In this document: piece after piece, positions 13,293 through 27,287 of the stretch | Position numbering within the stretch: position 1 is the first letter of the stretch | Layout of the letters: every line of letters begins with the position of its first letter | Source of the DNA: Paramecium tetraurelia | Lineage: Eukaryota | Reading direction: 5' to 3' | DNA: 64,000 bases | NCBI GenBank assembly: GCA_000165425.1 | Contig: CT868097.1 | Span: 254,867-318,866, forward strand | Position numbers and translations under genes: made by a program | The notes under the pieces: generated by a model | Told to the model about the DNA's origin: nothing | What the model saw: only the letters and a program-made list of their open reading frames with translations | The model's database searches: none

Positions 13293-14780
13293 ATGAATAT
13301 ATCTAGGAATAAGCCATCTTTGCTTTCAAAACCCTCCATGAATTACAGTTATCATTCAAACAATACAAAAAATATTTTCGATAGTAATCATTTTCTAGAT
13401 ATTTAGCAAGTGTTCCTCCAGATCTACATTAAAAATTTGGTCCTCAATTTAATGATAAAGGATTAATGAAACATTCAATCATAGGAAAACCTGAATGGTT
13501 TCTTAAAGTTGCTAAATAAAGAGACACATAATTGAGGTTCATAAATGATGATGATTCTTTACTTCATTAACGAAAAGCATTTCACAAATAAAGAAGTATG
13601 GAAAATTAATAATTAAAAGCTATTAATTAATATGATTCAATAAGTAATGTATCATCATCCTTAAGAACGCGTAAATTTTCTGATCACAAAGAAAAAGCAT
13701 CAGATAGCACTAATACATGCAACATTAATCCTATTAATTTTGATGTTGTGGAATAATTTAATCTTATCCAATAAATGAAGAAAATTGGAGATTAAATCAA
13801 AGTTAACACTAAATAATAAGAATAAATCATCAAAAATTTGAGTATTTAAAAAAAGTTGTAAGAAATGAAAAATTAGAAAGCTATGAATCAATATCAAAAA
13901 TACAACACATAATGGTAAGAATTTAACGAAAAGTTAAAAATTAAAATTGCATAAAGAGCAAAATAACCAACACTTCTTGATTAATAACAATGTAATTCTA
14001 TATTCTATTGAGAGATTACTCTACTAAAGTTGAAACTTTGAATATGCTATAATCTATATAAAATCAATTAACAGATGATGAAGAAGAATAAAAGAAGAAA
14101 CTCAATCCTCTTGGAAATCTATTTATGAAATAGAGAAAAATCTTAAAACTTAAAACAGAACCTCAATCTATTAAAAACATGATCCATAATTTAATTGCTA
14201 GAGATAAGTTGTTTTATATGCCAAATTCTCAAAAGTTAAAAACAAGCATATTAAGCAATGAACCTATAGCACGAGATAGATGTAAGTCTGAATTTGATGA
14301 ATTGAATGTATAAACTATAATCTAATTAAGGTGTCTGGAGCAAGTGTTTATGAAAAAGAACTATAATCAATCAAATAGTTGCCAGATAGACAAAATTAAC
14401 GATACAAGTTATTTAAACATAAACTAATTGAGAAAAGTTCTGATGTATGAGCAAACTTTTTATCATATTTTCATGAACTAATATTAAATTAATAACTAGA
14501 AATTTTAATATTATCAATATTTCATATAGACTATTTAAATGGCTTTAAATTAACATTAAGCTTACTTCTATTAAAATTGCAAAATTATTTTCAATGTTGA
14601 AGATTTACCCATTAAGATAATTTCCACCAAAAAAATAGTTAAAATATTAATACCTTTAGAAATTTAGTTGATTAAATCGGGTGTTGATGAAAGTCAATCG
14701 ATCACTAAATTTCAATAAATGTAAAAATATAGTTTTACCCTAAAATTAGGAGAAAATAATATTAAATCTAAATTTATTTT
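13293..14780 (+). CDS. Hypothetical protein, possibly MYCBP-associated-protein-like; 3' end uncertain or decayed
   Basis: Open frame with introns: PQFNDKGLMKHSIIGKPEWF and KNQKAMNQYQKYNTQWQEF...LLDQQQYYSTKVE. Family assignment is from recalled motif similarity only. I could not identify a clean stop, so the end is approximate. Confidence 0.4.
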
Positions 14781-15219
14781 CTAGATAAGTACCCCTGTTT
14801 TCATATTTGTTTACTTATAAATCTTATTATTACAAATATGTTATTCTATTCTATTCGATTTATTCTTAACTTTTGAATTATTAATAAGAGGAATTTTTCC
14901 TTCAATTAAATAAAATCTAATTTTAGATTATAATCTTTTATTCTTATTTCCATAATTAATAAATTAATAACTATTAGTTATTGAATTATTTCTTAATTTT
15001 GAAATCTTTTCAAATTTCTAAATTTTATTCATCTTAATTCAATTAACAAATCCTAATCTCTGTATTTATCATTAATTAATATAATATATAATAGATTTAT
15101 ACTCTTATGTAGTTAGACATGTTTAAATAGGTTTTCATCCATTTATAGAAGAAATACTGAAGAGAATGAAGATAAAATATATTATAAATAGTTTATAAAA
15201 AAGATATGAAATTGAGTGC

Positions 15220-16722
15220 TCAAGCTATTTACATTTTTTTTTGATCTTCGCTTTTTTAAGTGGTAGTTTCTAATTATACATTTGTCTTGTTATTATATAA
15301 ATATTCCAAATCAATTATTTTCAAACATTATGGACATTTAAGGGGTTTACCCAAATTACTGGTAGAACGTATTTCTGCTTATAATTTTCGCCATTATATT
15401 TTATGTCCACATTAAGTTAAATATTCATCTTTTTATTCAATCTCTTGAATTATTAGTTTCTATTTTTATTATTATACTGTTTATTCTTTTTACTATATAT
15501 CTTAGAATTATTATAATTATTGTTATTACTATTACTATTACCTTTTAATTTAAGGCTCTCTTAAAGATTTATTGCAACTATATTAATCTTATTCTTTGTT
15601 TAATTCGATATCGTTTTAATTTAATTAAGTTGAATTAAGATTAGATTGATATTCTACTTTTTATTCTCGTATCTATTTTTCTATTTTAGGTTATTCAATT
15701 TCAATTCGATTAAGAAGTCCTTTTAATTATTCCTTCAACTTATTTAATTCATTATCTTTATCGTTAATTATTTTATTTAATTCCAAAATTTCCTTATCTT
15801 AATTCGATTTCTAATCAAAGTATATTTTCTCGTTTTTTTATATCTTCGTTTTTAGTTCAAAGTTTTCATTTCTTAAATTCTCAATCGAAGCTTATAGCTA
15901 AGTGTTCTATATATTCTGATCTTCTTTTTTTAATTTTATGTCTACCCTCTTTCTTAGATTAAGGATCTCGTTTTTTTATTCCTCACAAGCTTTTTATAAA
16001 TCTTCATTTTGCGATTTTAGTCTTTAATTATCATTTTCAAGAGTTTTAAATTTTTATTATAAGCTTACATACTTTTTTTGTAACAGAATGAAGGCATTCT
16101 CTATATCACTTTCCTTTTAATTTCCATTCATAGCCCCATCTTATAATTAACAAATCTAACTATCTGTATAATATTGATTAAATTCGTTGAAAGAATGATT
16201 ACTTTAATTAGAAGTAATAGATTATGTGTTTAACTTACTTATAGTTTAAGAATTAAGTTAACCAATCTAACCTGTATTATTGGTACTTTCTAATACTAAA
16301 TAAGTATTTGCAGATGATTGCTATATAATTTAATTTGTATTTAATTCTTATTAATCATATTAGCTGGCTTATTGAACTGAGTCATTTTCTTAAAATACGC
16401 AACTTTAGAATGATTGCTGATTTAATTTGGATGAAATAACTTTATCATTATCTTCAATTTAGAAATAAATTGTTTTTGTACTTTCCTTCTTTAGAATATT
16501 GCAAACATATGTATTCTAATTGCCCTTAAACAAATTGATTCTATTAGTGTACAAATTTATTTTGTTATTTTATCCAAATCTATTTTTAAGGAAAAGGATT
16601 AGGTCGAACATTGTTGTTGTGTTATAAATATTATGACATATTTGAGTTTAATTTTCATCAAAACTAAGGTTGTATAGACAGATAACGCTAGTTTTAGGAT
16701 CTTTACTTTTCATAAGCAGCAT
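15220..16722 (-). CDS. Coiled-coil hypothetical protein with partial RING-like C-terminus
   Basis: Long Q/E/K-rich frame ending YQTQCGHKIQWRKLQAEIRSTSNLGKPLKCPQCLKIID...QIA*. The 5' exon structure is uncertain. Confidence 0.55.
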
Positions 16723-17216
16723 AAAACTTTATTTTAATAATGAGTTTATATAATAGAATTCAATCTTAATATACAAAATATTTTCCTTATTCAATATTCT
16801 ATTGATCATGAAATTATAGAAAATTCAATTTATCTTTTACCTAAGTGCAACTACACAAAACATATCAATAGGAATCTAAAACTAATAAATTTTACTTAAC
16901 TTGATTCTGAAGTACTTAAATTTCTTATTTGAGTTTATGTTTAGATTAATATTCTTTCTATTCGAAAATGTTTATTATAAATTATATTTATTAAAATACT
17001 TGAAATCAATTTATTATCCAAACTGTATTATTAGTATATTTATCCATATCAAATAACTTTGGAGATTTATGATTATATAAGTATTTTCAATTTTCATTAT
17101 CAAATTAATAAAGAATACAATTTAATCTTTGTGCTTTTTATTTAACAATATAAAGTGTTAAATCTAATTAATTATAACAGCACTATCAATGATATTGATA
17201 AATTTAATTTTATAAG

Positions 17217-18254
17217 ATGTCAGATGCATTTGTTAAAGCTTCAACTTCTTTTTAACCTTATAACAGTTAGAAATAGGATGCTGTTTCCGTTGATGTATCT
17301 ATGGATCCTTTTCGATTGCAGCGGCCTGTAATACGAGTTTAAACTTCTTTCGAAAAAATTATGTAATATTAGTCTACTGATAAACCTTTTTCACCAATTC
17401 CACATTGTAATATATATTTTATCATTGGTGTAGAATTATAGTCTTCATATGATGGATAGGAGATGTGTTACTTAATGAATAGTCAGAACAAATACTCATT
17501 CAATAATTCATTAGACAGCAAAATTTGGTTTCAAAGGCCATAAGAGATTTAAAATTCATAATGTAAGCAATCTACAAATATCCAACCTCAATTTGCTTCA
17601 CCTAGAGCATCTTAAGGAAACAAAAACGAAGTAGCACAGTAGAAATAAAATCAATTGAGATCATAAAAAAAGCATTTCTAAAAAGAACAGCTAAAATTCT
17701 TCAAGGAAGACTCAGTCTAGAGTGAAGAAATAAACCATAATGAAGAAAGCAGCATAGAATTTAAACCAAAAAAATAAAAAAAAATCAAAAATAAGCGACA
17801 AAAGCATACAAGTGATAGTTCTGAATCATTTAGGATATGCAGAAAAAAGAAAATATCTAAGGTTAATGATACTAAAAACATCACCAAAAATTATTCAAAA
17901 GCCATCATTTCATATATTTTCAATAATCCTCAAGTTGTTTAATAACTAATGCAAAAACATCGGTATGACGACTTAGTAAATTTCCTAAAAAACAAAAAAA
18001 ACTCAATGACTAATATTAAATAATTAAGAGATTTATGGGTGGATGGCGGGAAGAATGCAGAATACAACAGAGTTTTTAGGATAATAAGGTAATTTTTGTT
18101 AGAATATTTTAGTTAATTATTCTTAAAGACTTAAGCAGTCTCCTATGTATACAATTCTAGAATCTCAAATACTTAGTGGCATCTGAAATACAGATATAAT
18201 CTATTAAGAGCTTTGAAAGAACCTTAAAATTTCAAATTTATCAAAGATATTTGA
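17217..18254 (+). CDS. Ciliate-type hypothetical protein with C-terminal basic 'TKNITKNYSKAII' domain
   Basis: Starts MSDAFVKAST, has a low-complexity middle and basic NLS-like stretches, then NDTKNITKNYSKAIISYIF...FRIISQLFLKTQAVSYVYNSRI...EPQNFKFIKDI*. Two introns. Confidence 0.7.
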
Positions 18255-18326
18255 AGTATGCAGTTAATGTTATTTTCAAAAAAGCATAAATTATATTATT
18301 ATTATTCAATAATAATCATATATAAA

Positions 18327-19865
18327 TCACAATCTTCTTATCAAGAGTCTAATGATATTTTTCCTGTTATTTAATTTTTCATCCTAAATATGTTAACATG
18401 AATCCAATATGTTACTCAAAATTATCTTCATTTTCAATTTAAATTACTCATCAGATTGAATAATATTCCTTATAAATTCTTATGATATGTTCATTATAAG
18501 AAACTCTGGAGATTCAATCTTATATGTTAATTGTATATCATATAATTTTAATCCAAATTTAAATTAGAGTTTAATCAATTCTTATTAAAAATATTCTCTA
18601 TATTATTCCAGTATAAAATTATTTAAGAAATCTCTAAATAATTAATCAAAGGAAGGATTATTGATGTTTTTGTTAATTTCATATTTTACTTATTGTCTAA
18701 AACTTTCATCATAGTAGAACTTTTCAATAATGATATTTAAAGCATTCTGTCTCTCCTCTAATTGTAATAAATCTTGGCTGAATATTTTTTATAATAAGGA
18801 TGTATGGATAATTTATGCTTGATCTTCTTATTAGATCTTTTCGACACAATGGACAAAATTCATAACTAAAATTATAAAAGATCTATACTTTTCTTAAAAT
18901 TGTTAGAAGAATTAATGATTCCATTCATTTTGTTATTGTAAATATCTTAAAAATCTTCTTTGAACTTATCATTCTTATGTTCTCTTAACATTCTAATATT
19001 TTCAACAATTTCTTCAAAAAAGTATAAGATCTCTTTTTCAAATTGGATATTGTTTGGAATTTCTTCAAGGATGGATTTAATCAACTAAAATTTACTTTTC
19101 TAAAAAAATTATAATCCAAAAGAATACATATATTTCATATCTTGATCTTAGTTAATTCTATCCTTAATTTTCAAAGTGCAAATACACAAAATATGTAAGA
19201 TTTTTATCATATTTGAGTAAAGAATTTATAATATTTACATCTTCTGGTTTTAATACAATTTCTCCAAATAATTATAAAAGATTATCATTATCTGAATCAA
19301 TAGAGAATTTTAATTTTCTCAATATATAGGTCATCTCCTATGGTGTAACTTTGTAATCGCAAAATTAAACATAAAGCATTACAAATGAAATCCAATCTGC
19401 CTTAGATACTTCTAAAATAGAGTCCATATCTCCTAACAAGATTTTGTTTATTTATTTTAAAGTATGATCGTCATATTATTTTAGGTTATCTCTAACTCGT
19501 TTAAGACTTTCCTCCTATTATTGTGTATCAGTTTTTGGGAAAAAATTGTGTTTTTTTATAGCCTCAAAGGTATTGCGGGGTATATTTTGTTCAAACTTTT
19601 AAATACATTCTTGAACTTATCCATTTTTTAAGAAATCGAAATGGGATTTTGAGTTACCAATTTTTTGTAGTTATACCCATTATTTGAATCTATGCCCCAA
19701 AAACTCATCATTGTTTTTCCAAATTTTAATTAGCAACAATATTAAATAGCGATCATTTTAACCATTTTATCTGCAAGAAGCTATCATGTCATCTAAATAT
19801 TATTCACCAAACTTATATTCATGCTTTTATGCAACTTAGATCAGGTGAAGTAAACTTTAATTCAT
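18327..19865 (-). CDS. Hypothetical protein (contains CPLCRK)
   Basis: Open in ciliate code from MNQSLLHLIQVAQKHEY with several short introns, ending RLLIRRL*. No family recognised. Confidence 0.55.
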
Positions 19866-19919
19866 TATTTTTAACAATAATTAATTATGAAAAGCATTCT
19901 AAATATATTTATATAAATA

Positions 19920-21428
19920 TCATTCTGGTTCAATTATAAGAATGTATTCTGCTATTTTTATGACTCTTCTTCTACATAATAGTACACTTTGAGATTAAAC
20001 ACCAGATTTGCTTAACCTCATCCAAGTCCTAATATTTCATTTGATCTAATACCCACTAGAAGTTTTCTGATCCTCAATACTCAGTCCTTCACTAGTGAAT
20101 TCTAACAATGCATGATCATATGCCATTGCTTAATCCCCAAACGTTTAGGATCCTATCATTTTTGATTTTCCAATTGACAAGGTGAATTAAACAGATCCCA
20201 TCTATGAAGCCAATACAATATTGCACTCTTAAACAATTTAAGTTTAATTTTACATTGACCACTCTTTTGAAGACTTTGTATAACTACTTCAGTTGCCCCC
20301 ATTTAGATGATATAGCCTTGCAGGATTTGAGTTTTAGTTTCTAAGAGAATAAATGTTCCTATTAAACTCCCTCTATCTTATAAATAAAATTATTTTTCTT
20401 TAAAAGTGAGCTAAACTACTAAATATATAAATATACCCAAACATGAGTCCTACTCACAGATTCATGGTTTAATTGAATATCATTTTCTGGATTTCTTCCA
20501 ATAGTAGCATTCTTAGTTATTATCTTTTTTTAGGTAGGTATTCCTTCTTTCTTAATTTTAATATTTAACTAATTGTTTTGTGTCTTAGGTGACTATATTT
20601 GAAATAATTATTGTGAATTATTTTATTGAATTTCCTGATGGTCCTTCTTTTCTTGTTTATCAAATTTAGGAGTGCCAAATTAGGGTAAATGATAATCAGA
20701 TTCTTGTAATTGTTGTTATTTCTAAGGACTCAATATAATTGGCTTTTAAATTTATTACTTCTACAATTCAGCAAATATATTCTAATTTTACAAAATATAC
20801 TCACTTTTTTATTGCTTTATTAGACTTATTTTGCTAAGTCTTCTTCGGTTATTTTCTAGAGAGATTTTGGAGCAGGTAAGATAAATTATTGTTTCTGTCT
20901 TCCTCCAGGTGATGGAAGAGGTTCAATAGGGATCTATCCCAGTGTTGTTCTTTCCTCTATATCAGCGTCATATTCATGTCTCGATTATAATATTCTATCT
21001 TGAATCACTTTCAAAGGAATTCTATCTTGTTATGGAATTTCAACCCTTGGCGATGAAATTTATTGAACTTCCATAAATGTTTAAACCATTTGTGGAGCAA
21101 CATCATTTCTTGCATGAGATTTACAATAATTTGTAAATTCTCTCAAACCAATTTGAATCCCTATATTCAATTATTTATTATATTTACATTGCAAAAGTTT
21201 CTTTCTTTATAATGCAGAAGTGATACCTATGTCCAATAGATCTTGATCTGTTAATATCTCTAAACATGAGCCATCAACGCATTCATTTACTATAATTTAA
21301 TTTACATTAGTACCAAAATAAGAATCCAATTAACTATATCCAATATATTTTAGCCAGACTAGCACTTCCTAGGTACTCCATTTTTTAGGGGGTTTTGGCA
21401 ACAAACGAAATAAATCATCATAATCCAT
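19920..21428 (-). CDS. SAM + FHA domain protein
   Basis: SAM: KKWSTQEVLVWLKYIG...ECVDGSCLEILTDQDLLDIGITSALQRKKLL. FHA: ATIGRNPENDIQLNHESVSRTH. A second, degenerate FHA-like segment lies near the C-terminus. Confidence 0.8.
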
Positions 21429-21513
21429 TGATCGTTAAATTACAAAAAATTGAATATTATAAATACATAACTTAAAAATTAACAAAAGTAATTAGGTATT
21501 AAAAAATATTTGT

Positions 21514-23406
21514 TCAAATAAGCAACTACTCTTCAAGAAGTTATGTTACTTAATCAATCAAATTGGGATCTAATCTATTGTCTTTCACAAATTTCTCTGC
21601 CAATTTTCTTGGCTGATCTCCTTAATAAATGGCTATTTTTTTTGTTGTATTATTTTCAAGAGCAATATTTATATACATGATTGGTTATTAAATTAATTTG
21701 TTTATCTCTTCTTAATAGAGTTACTATTCAATATTCTTTCTTTTTTTCTAATAGCAAGTTCCTTAAGAAATAATGATTTGATTTAATTGTTTTTCTACTC
21801 TCCCCTTTACCATTCTTTTTATGGCTTCTCTTTGTTCTGGCAATGGAACTTAATCATTCATATATGACAATTGAGATTTATTGAGGATTGGTTAGAAAGT
21901 AGGAGTTTCTTCCTATTTTGGAGAGAGCACTTTCTTTGTATTCAAATGATATCTGGGACTAGTTTAAGTTGAATTTATCTTGGGTGTAAAAGGACATTTT
22001 TGTTTGATATTAGTATCAATTTCCTATTTCAATTATTCTTTTTTCTTTTGGTAATAATGATCATAGTCATTTAAATTGATTGGTTTAGTTTCTGTTATTT
22101 ATGATTATACTCTTTATCGATATTTATTGGCTAATTCATTAGTTTATGAATTAGATTTAAGTTGTAGTTAACTAGATTCTTATTCTTAGACTTTTTTATT
22201 TTGTTTTTTATAAGCTAAATAATTTAAATATAATTGATTAAACTACTTCGAAATTGATTCTTAATTCTAAATTATCACATTGCCATCTTCAAACTCAACT
22301 AAATCATTCTTATATTATTTAGGAAATTAAATATTATAATTATTGTTATATTTAGGTAATAATTAGAAATCCACTTGAAATCCTTACATAGCTAGCAAAA
22401 AAGTTAATAAATTTCTAGATAATATGAGATCTAATTCATAAGGACATTATAAGAATCTGAATATTTTGAAGACGATGTTGTCTTGATTGGTGTGATCATA
22501 TGTTTAGTATGGTGCAAATCCAAGATGATCTAAAGTTATTGCCAATTCATCTATTGTCAATAAACAAAGATCATTTTCTATTTCAAACTAAAAGTCAATT
22601 TTATTTAAGTTCTCATCTAAATGATCCAAAGTCCATATCCTAGCATTTGTAATACTGTAATAAAATAGCTTAACAAAATGTCTAACTAAATGTTTTTCTG
22701 ATTTTTAAGTTTACGTAACAGTCTTTGGTGACACTAAAAGAGTCTCTTAGTAATTAAACTTAAACTTTTTAGGTTAGAAGGCTTCTTCATATAATCTATT
22801 GCTGATAGCTTCCACTCTTTCAGGAGTTTGTCTTTAAGATGTTCTGGTAGATTGAGGTTATAATTAGACAGATTAAGGTGTTTGACTGACCCCTTTCTAT
22901 TTTGAGAGTCTATCCCAAACATTGGAGGGATTGTTTTCTTTGTTACTTTTTCTGCTTGAAGGTTTTATTTCTTTATTTTAAGGTAGAAATGTCTAAGTTT
23001 ACAAAGATTTTGGTGACATGTACCGAGGGGAAGATCCAAAATAGGATCCAATTTACTTGCTCTTATTACTAATGGAGGGTTGGAAAGAGCATTATTATAA
23101 TTCTAACTATTAATAATTCTCCTTTAATTATTCTTTCTTTTGTTACAGTTCATTGTACTCCTCATTTAATCTTAAATGGATATTTGTTCTCCATTTGAGA
23201 TGTTTTTGTTCAGGCTTGCCAGTTTCAGTTTTGCGTATAAACTCTTCATATAGATTTTGATTTTTATATAGCTAAGGTTTAAAGGATGACTGAGATTGAA
23301 CTGTTTCCATTAGGTTCTGGTTGGTGTATAATGGATATTGTATTTCATCGATTGATTGGTCTGTAAGTGGATTAATGGGCATATCGCCTTTAGGTAATTG
23401 CTTCAT
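21514..23406 (-). CDS. Hypothetical protein (basic, coiled-coil)
   Basis: Long frame from MKQLPKGDMPINPLTD, containing KCPFTPKINST and ending LLEEQLLI*. Confidence 0.6.
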
Positions 23407-23550
23407 TGAATCGTTAATAATTTTATATTAGGAAATTTAATAATAAAAATGATTAATAATAACCATAACTCAGAATTTTCATAATGTAAGAAAAGACTTG
23501 TAAAGGATATGAAACTGTAATAGAAATAAATATTAATCTGTATTTATATT

Positions 23551-26067
23551 TCAAACTATCTCGCAACCTTAAGAATTTAGTATTTTTCTAGTAATTTCAT
23601 TTTATTCATCAATGTTTAATTCTAATTAAAGGATAATTGAATAAAATTACTTTTGATATATTAGTAATAATTTGATGTATATGTTTCTGGTGTATGTTTT
23701 GAATCCTCTTATCTGGAAACTCGGAACACCTTGGATATTAAAAAGAAGACTATCTTCTCACGAAATAGAATTGAAATTAAAGTAAATGCACAACAAGTAG
23801 GCACACCAGCATAAATTAACCATCCATAGCTATAGAATAACTTAATAAACAGGTAGATTTTGATTGGAAAAAAGGACAGAGAGTATATTTTTAGCTAGTG
23901 TCTCATAAGTGAAATAGTGAATTTTTTATCGATTGAATATAGATGAGTTATACTATATCGATCAAAAAGGTAAATGTAACAGTTGAATATAAAACTGATG
24001 ATGGTTATCACAGGACAAACATAAACCAAACATAACCCAACAGTTAAACTGTACATTGCATTGCAAACCCTGCTTCTTTAAGGGAAAGTTGGAGGTGTCA
24101 TCAAATTGTTAAGTTGCCCTTAAAAATACTCCTTGCAGTTTTTTTGGATCCTTCTTCTTAGGAAAACAAATCCCATGTATCGAATGTGTACAGTGTGAAA
24201 TACATGCTTAGTAATAATCTTATTCTAAGTCAATGTCACCAAATCATACACAGCAGCTGACATAGTCTTGCCACTCCAAAGTTCAAATGTAAAGATATAA
24301 GGCAGAAATGTCACAAGGAAATAATTAACCACAATAAGGACATGCATGAAGCTCCTTTCCAAATGAGCAAATGTGTTCTTTCGTGATTCTTTTTAATTTA
24401 TTATTACTACTAGAATGGCAATCGTAGTGATAATAGGAACTGCCACTGTGAAGATATTTGTTAATACTCTTTGAGCAACTGACAACCTACCATTATTCTT
24501 TTCAACCTTGTATTCTGGATCATTCTTGTATAAATAAATGAATTCATAAGCAGTCATTAAGGCAGCACAAGCAATCAACATTGTTATTGCACTCTTCACT
24601 TTTGCTGCTATTCTCTCTTAAGATCTGAAACCTATATTGTCCCAATACATGCCATTGATACGGAATGATTTTCTAACTGCTAATTTATCAACAATCTTAG
24701 GGTTTGGGATCAAATTAAGCTTTATTCTGAATTTATCAAACCAGGAAACTTAGAAATTTTATAATATCAATTAACTAATTTCTGGGTCATTAAATCTAAT
24801 AATAGCTTTGTGACTGAATTCTAAAGGTTCTAGTTTCAGTTTGCAAATTTCTTAATTATTCATAGGCATATTATTAATTTATAACCCTATTGCTTACTTA
24901 TGAATGTTATCATTCACTTCAGACAGTTACTTCATTAAATCGCTTAATCTCTGAGATAGAAAATCTTTTGTGTAAGTCTTGTAAACCTTAACTTCAGCAT
25001 CTTTATATGTACTTATCACTTTTCCAAGTTCTAATTCTTTGATTTACTATGCTGTGATAACCAAATCTAATAGACAATTTTATCTTTTCTACTATAACTA
25101 CTTTATCTCATGAGTGTTATAAATATAAACAACCTCTTCTATTTAAGCAGTATCCAACAATCTATTTTATAATCAATAGAAGAGTTACTTATGTTGAGAA
25201 GAGATGATCTGATTGTTGTTTCTTTACATACTCTCCTTGATTAGATTTAGTATCTCTTGTTATGAGAGTTTTGAACTCATCCCTCTAATATAGATGGAAC
25301 TGATTGTTTCATTTTGTTTGTTGTATGGATCTCGATTCCAATACTTAAATTATCTAAGGTATTATTTGAATTCTTACATGTAAGTGATGAGGAGATCATA
25401 GAAGAATGGCAAATGCAGATTTATTAGAAATATTAAAAATGCTGATACTTAAAACCATTGGTAGTGTGAGCCTTTTTCTTAATGCAAATATTCCTAAATT
25501 GTCACAATGTCAATAAAGCCATACGAGTACTAAAATTCACAAGTTCTACACAAATCATTATTCTCAACATCACAATTTAATTGCGGGTTGGAATTACAGA
25601 TTCTATGAACTTCACTAATGAAAAATATTCCATAGATGCAAAACACTATTATGAAAACCAATAGTTAGAATTTAATTATAGTAAAATAAAGAGGAGCTGC
25701 TAATCCGTATTCATCAACAGTTGCTTCATACAAATCTCCAAATATCCAATTAAAAGGAGAGCGATGGAACTTTTTACTAATCATTAATAAACTATATTTA
25801 CTTGCAGCACTCACAAGACTCTTTTGTATAATGATTGAGTACATATTGATCCGGACAAAGATAATAAGCTTGTCTATGTATTTCAGCTTATTCCAACTTT
25901 GGTGGATAATTGTAATAATCATATTCATTCAAATTTGTGGCATTTAAGATAGAATCACTAATTCGTTAAATTTCTTATTGCTATTCATTATTCTTAGACT
26001 GATCTACAAGTTGTCTTTCTTCGCAATTAGATTCATCATTATTAGTTGCAATCTTTTGATTATGCAT
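23551..26067 (-). CDS. OSCA/TMEM63 (CSC1)-like multi-pass membrane channel
   Basis: Contains EYGLAAPLYFTIIKFQLLVFIIVF, a cytosolic linker, MYWDNIGF, about 10 hydrophobic segments, YFQGQLNNLMTPPTFPQRSR and YLFDRYSITHLYS. This layout is typical of ciliate OSCA/TMEM63-like proteins. Confidence 0.65.
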
Positions 26068-26227
26068 CTAATTAATAAAGTTAAACTTTTCTTTTAAATA
26101 AATTTCAGTTTCTGATTATAATCGTTCTTAATTGTCTTTTTCTCACTGTTAAATTTATAATATAATCTATTAATACATATTAAGATTTATCATAATTTTA
26201 AGTAATCAAAAATATTTTTAATTTAAG

Positions 26228-27239
26228 ATGGGAGCCTCTTGTTCTCATTGTAATTGTGAAAAAAAAAATAACGACAGAGATGTACAATCATTTCAAATTG
26301 AAGAATGCATAACAATTCCAACATGTTAATCCAATCTAGAAAAAACCTAAATGGTTAAATATAAAAAGGCAATAATCATTTAAAAATACTGGAGAGGCTA
26401 CCTTATTAGGCGAACTATTAAATAAGAAGCAGCCACAAAGCTATCTGCTTCTAAAACAATACCTAGCAGTCTTACTATTGATATTGATAGTTTAGAATGT
26501 GTGCAAAAGCCACCTTACAAGTATGCTATCTCACTATTAGATTTGTAGGTGGAGTTGTCTATACAGGACAATGGAGAGGCAATTCCCGAGATGGGTATGG
26601 CGTTTAAGTATGGCCTGATGGAGCTCAGTATTAAGGAGAATGGAAAAAAAATAAAGCAAATGGTAAAGGTAAATTTATTCATGCAAATGGTGATGTTTAT
26701 GAAGGGGAATGGGAAGATGATAAGGCTAATGGTTATGGAATTTATTAGCATATAGAAGGACCAAAATATGAAGGGAATTGGGTCAATGATAAATAACAAG
26801 GGTTTGGTATTGAATGTTGGCCTGATGGCTCTTTTTACGAAGGAATTTATTATAATTCTTTTAAGCAAGGAAAAGGAAAATACGTTTGGAGTACTGGACA
26901 AATTTATACAGGGGATTGGGTTTAAAACTAAATATCTGGATTTGGATGCATGATTTGGCCTGATGGTAGAAAGTATTAAGGAGAGTTTCATAATGGTACT
27001 ATGCATGGGCGTGGACTATATACGTGGCCAGACGGAAGAAAATATGAAGGATAGTATTTTAGGGACAAAAAACATGTATGCTATAAGGTAGATTTTAGGG
27101 TTATGGAGTATATGATTGGGGAGATGGAAGAAAATATGAAGGTGAATGGGAATTCGGAAAGTAACATGGGAAAGGATGCATAAGCTTGAATGAATAAATT
27201 TTAAATGGTCATTGGAATAAGGGAAAGCGTATAAACTGA
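26228..27239 (+). CDS. IQ-motif + MORN-repeat protein, predicted N-acylated
   Basis: Starts MGASCSHC and carries an IQ motif ([14 protein letters not shown]) and about 9 MORN repeats ([38 protein letters not shown]...). Confidence 0.9.
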
Positions 27240-27287
27240 ATTTACTCAAATTTTATTATTAATTATATTATAAAATATAATTGCTTC

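Noticed and set aside
23407..23660. Read-through fusion of the OSCA-like gene into the downstream gene
   Set aside because: The unspliced frame hits TGA out of frame with the next ATG, and a 29-nt intron gives a normal stop at 23551.
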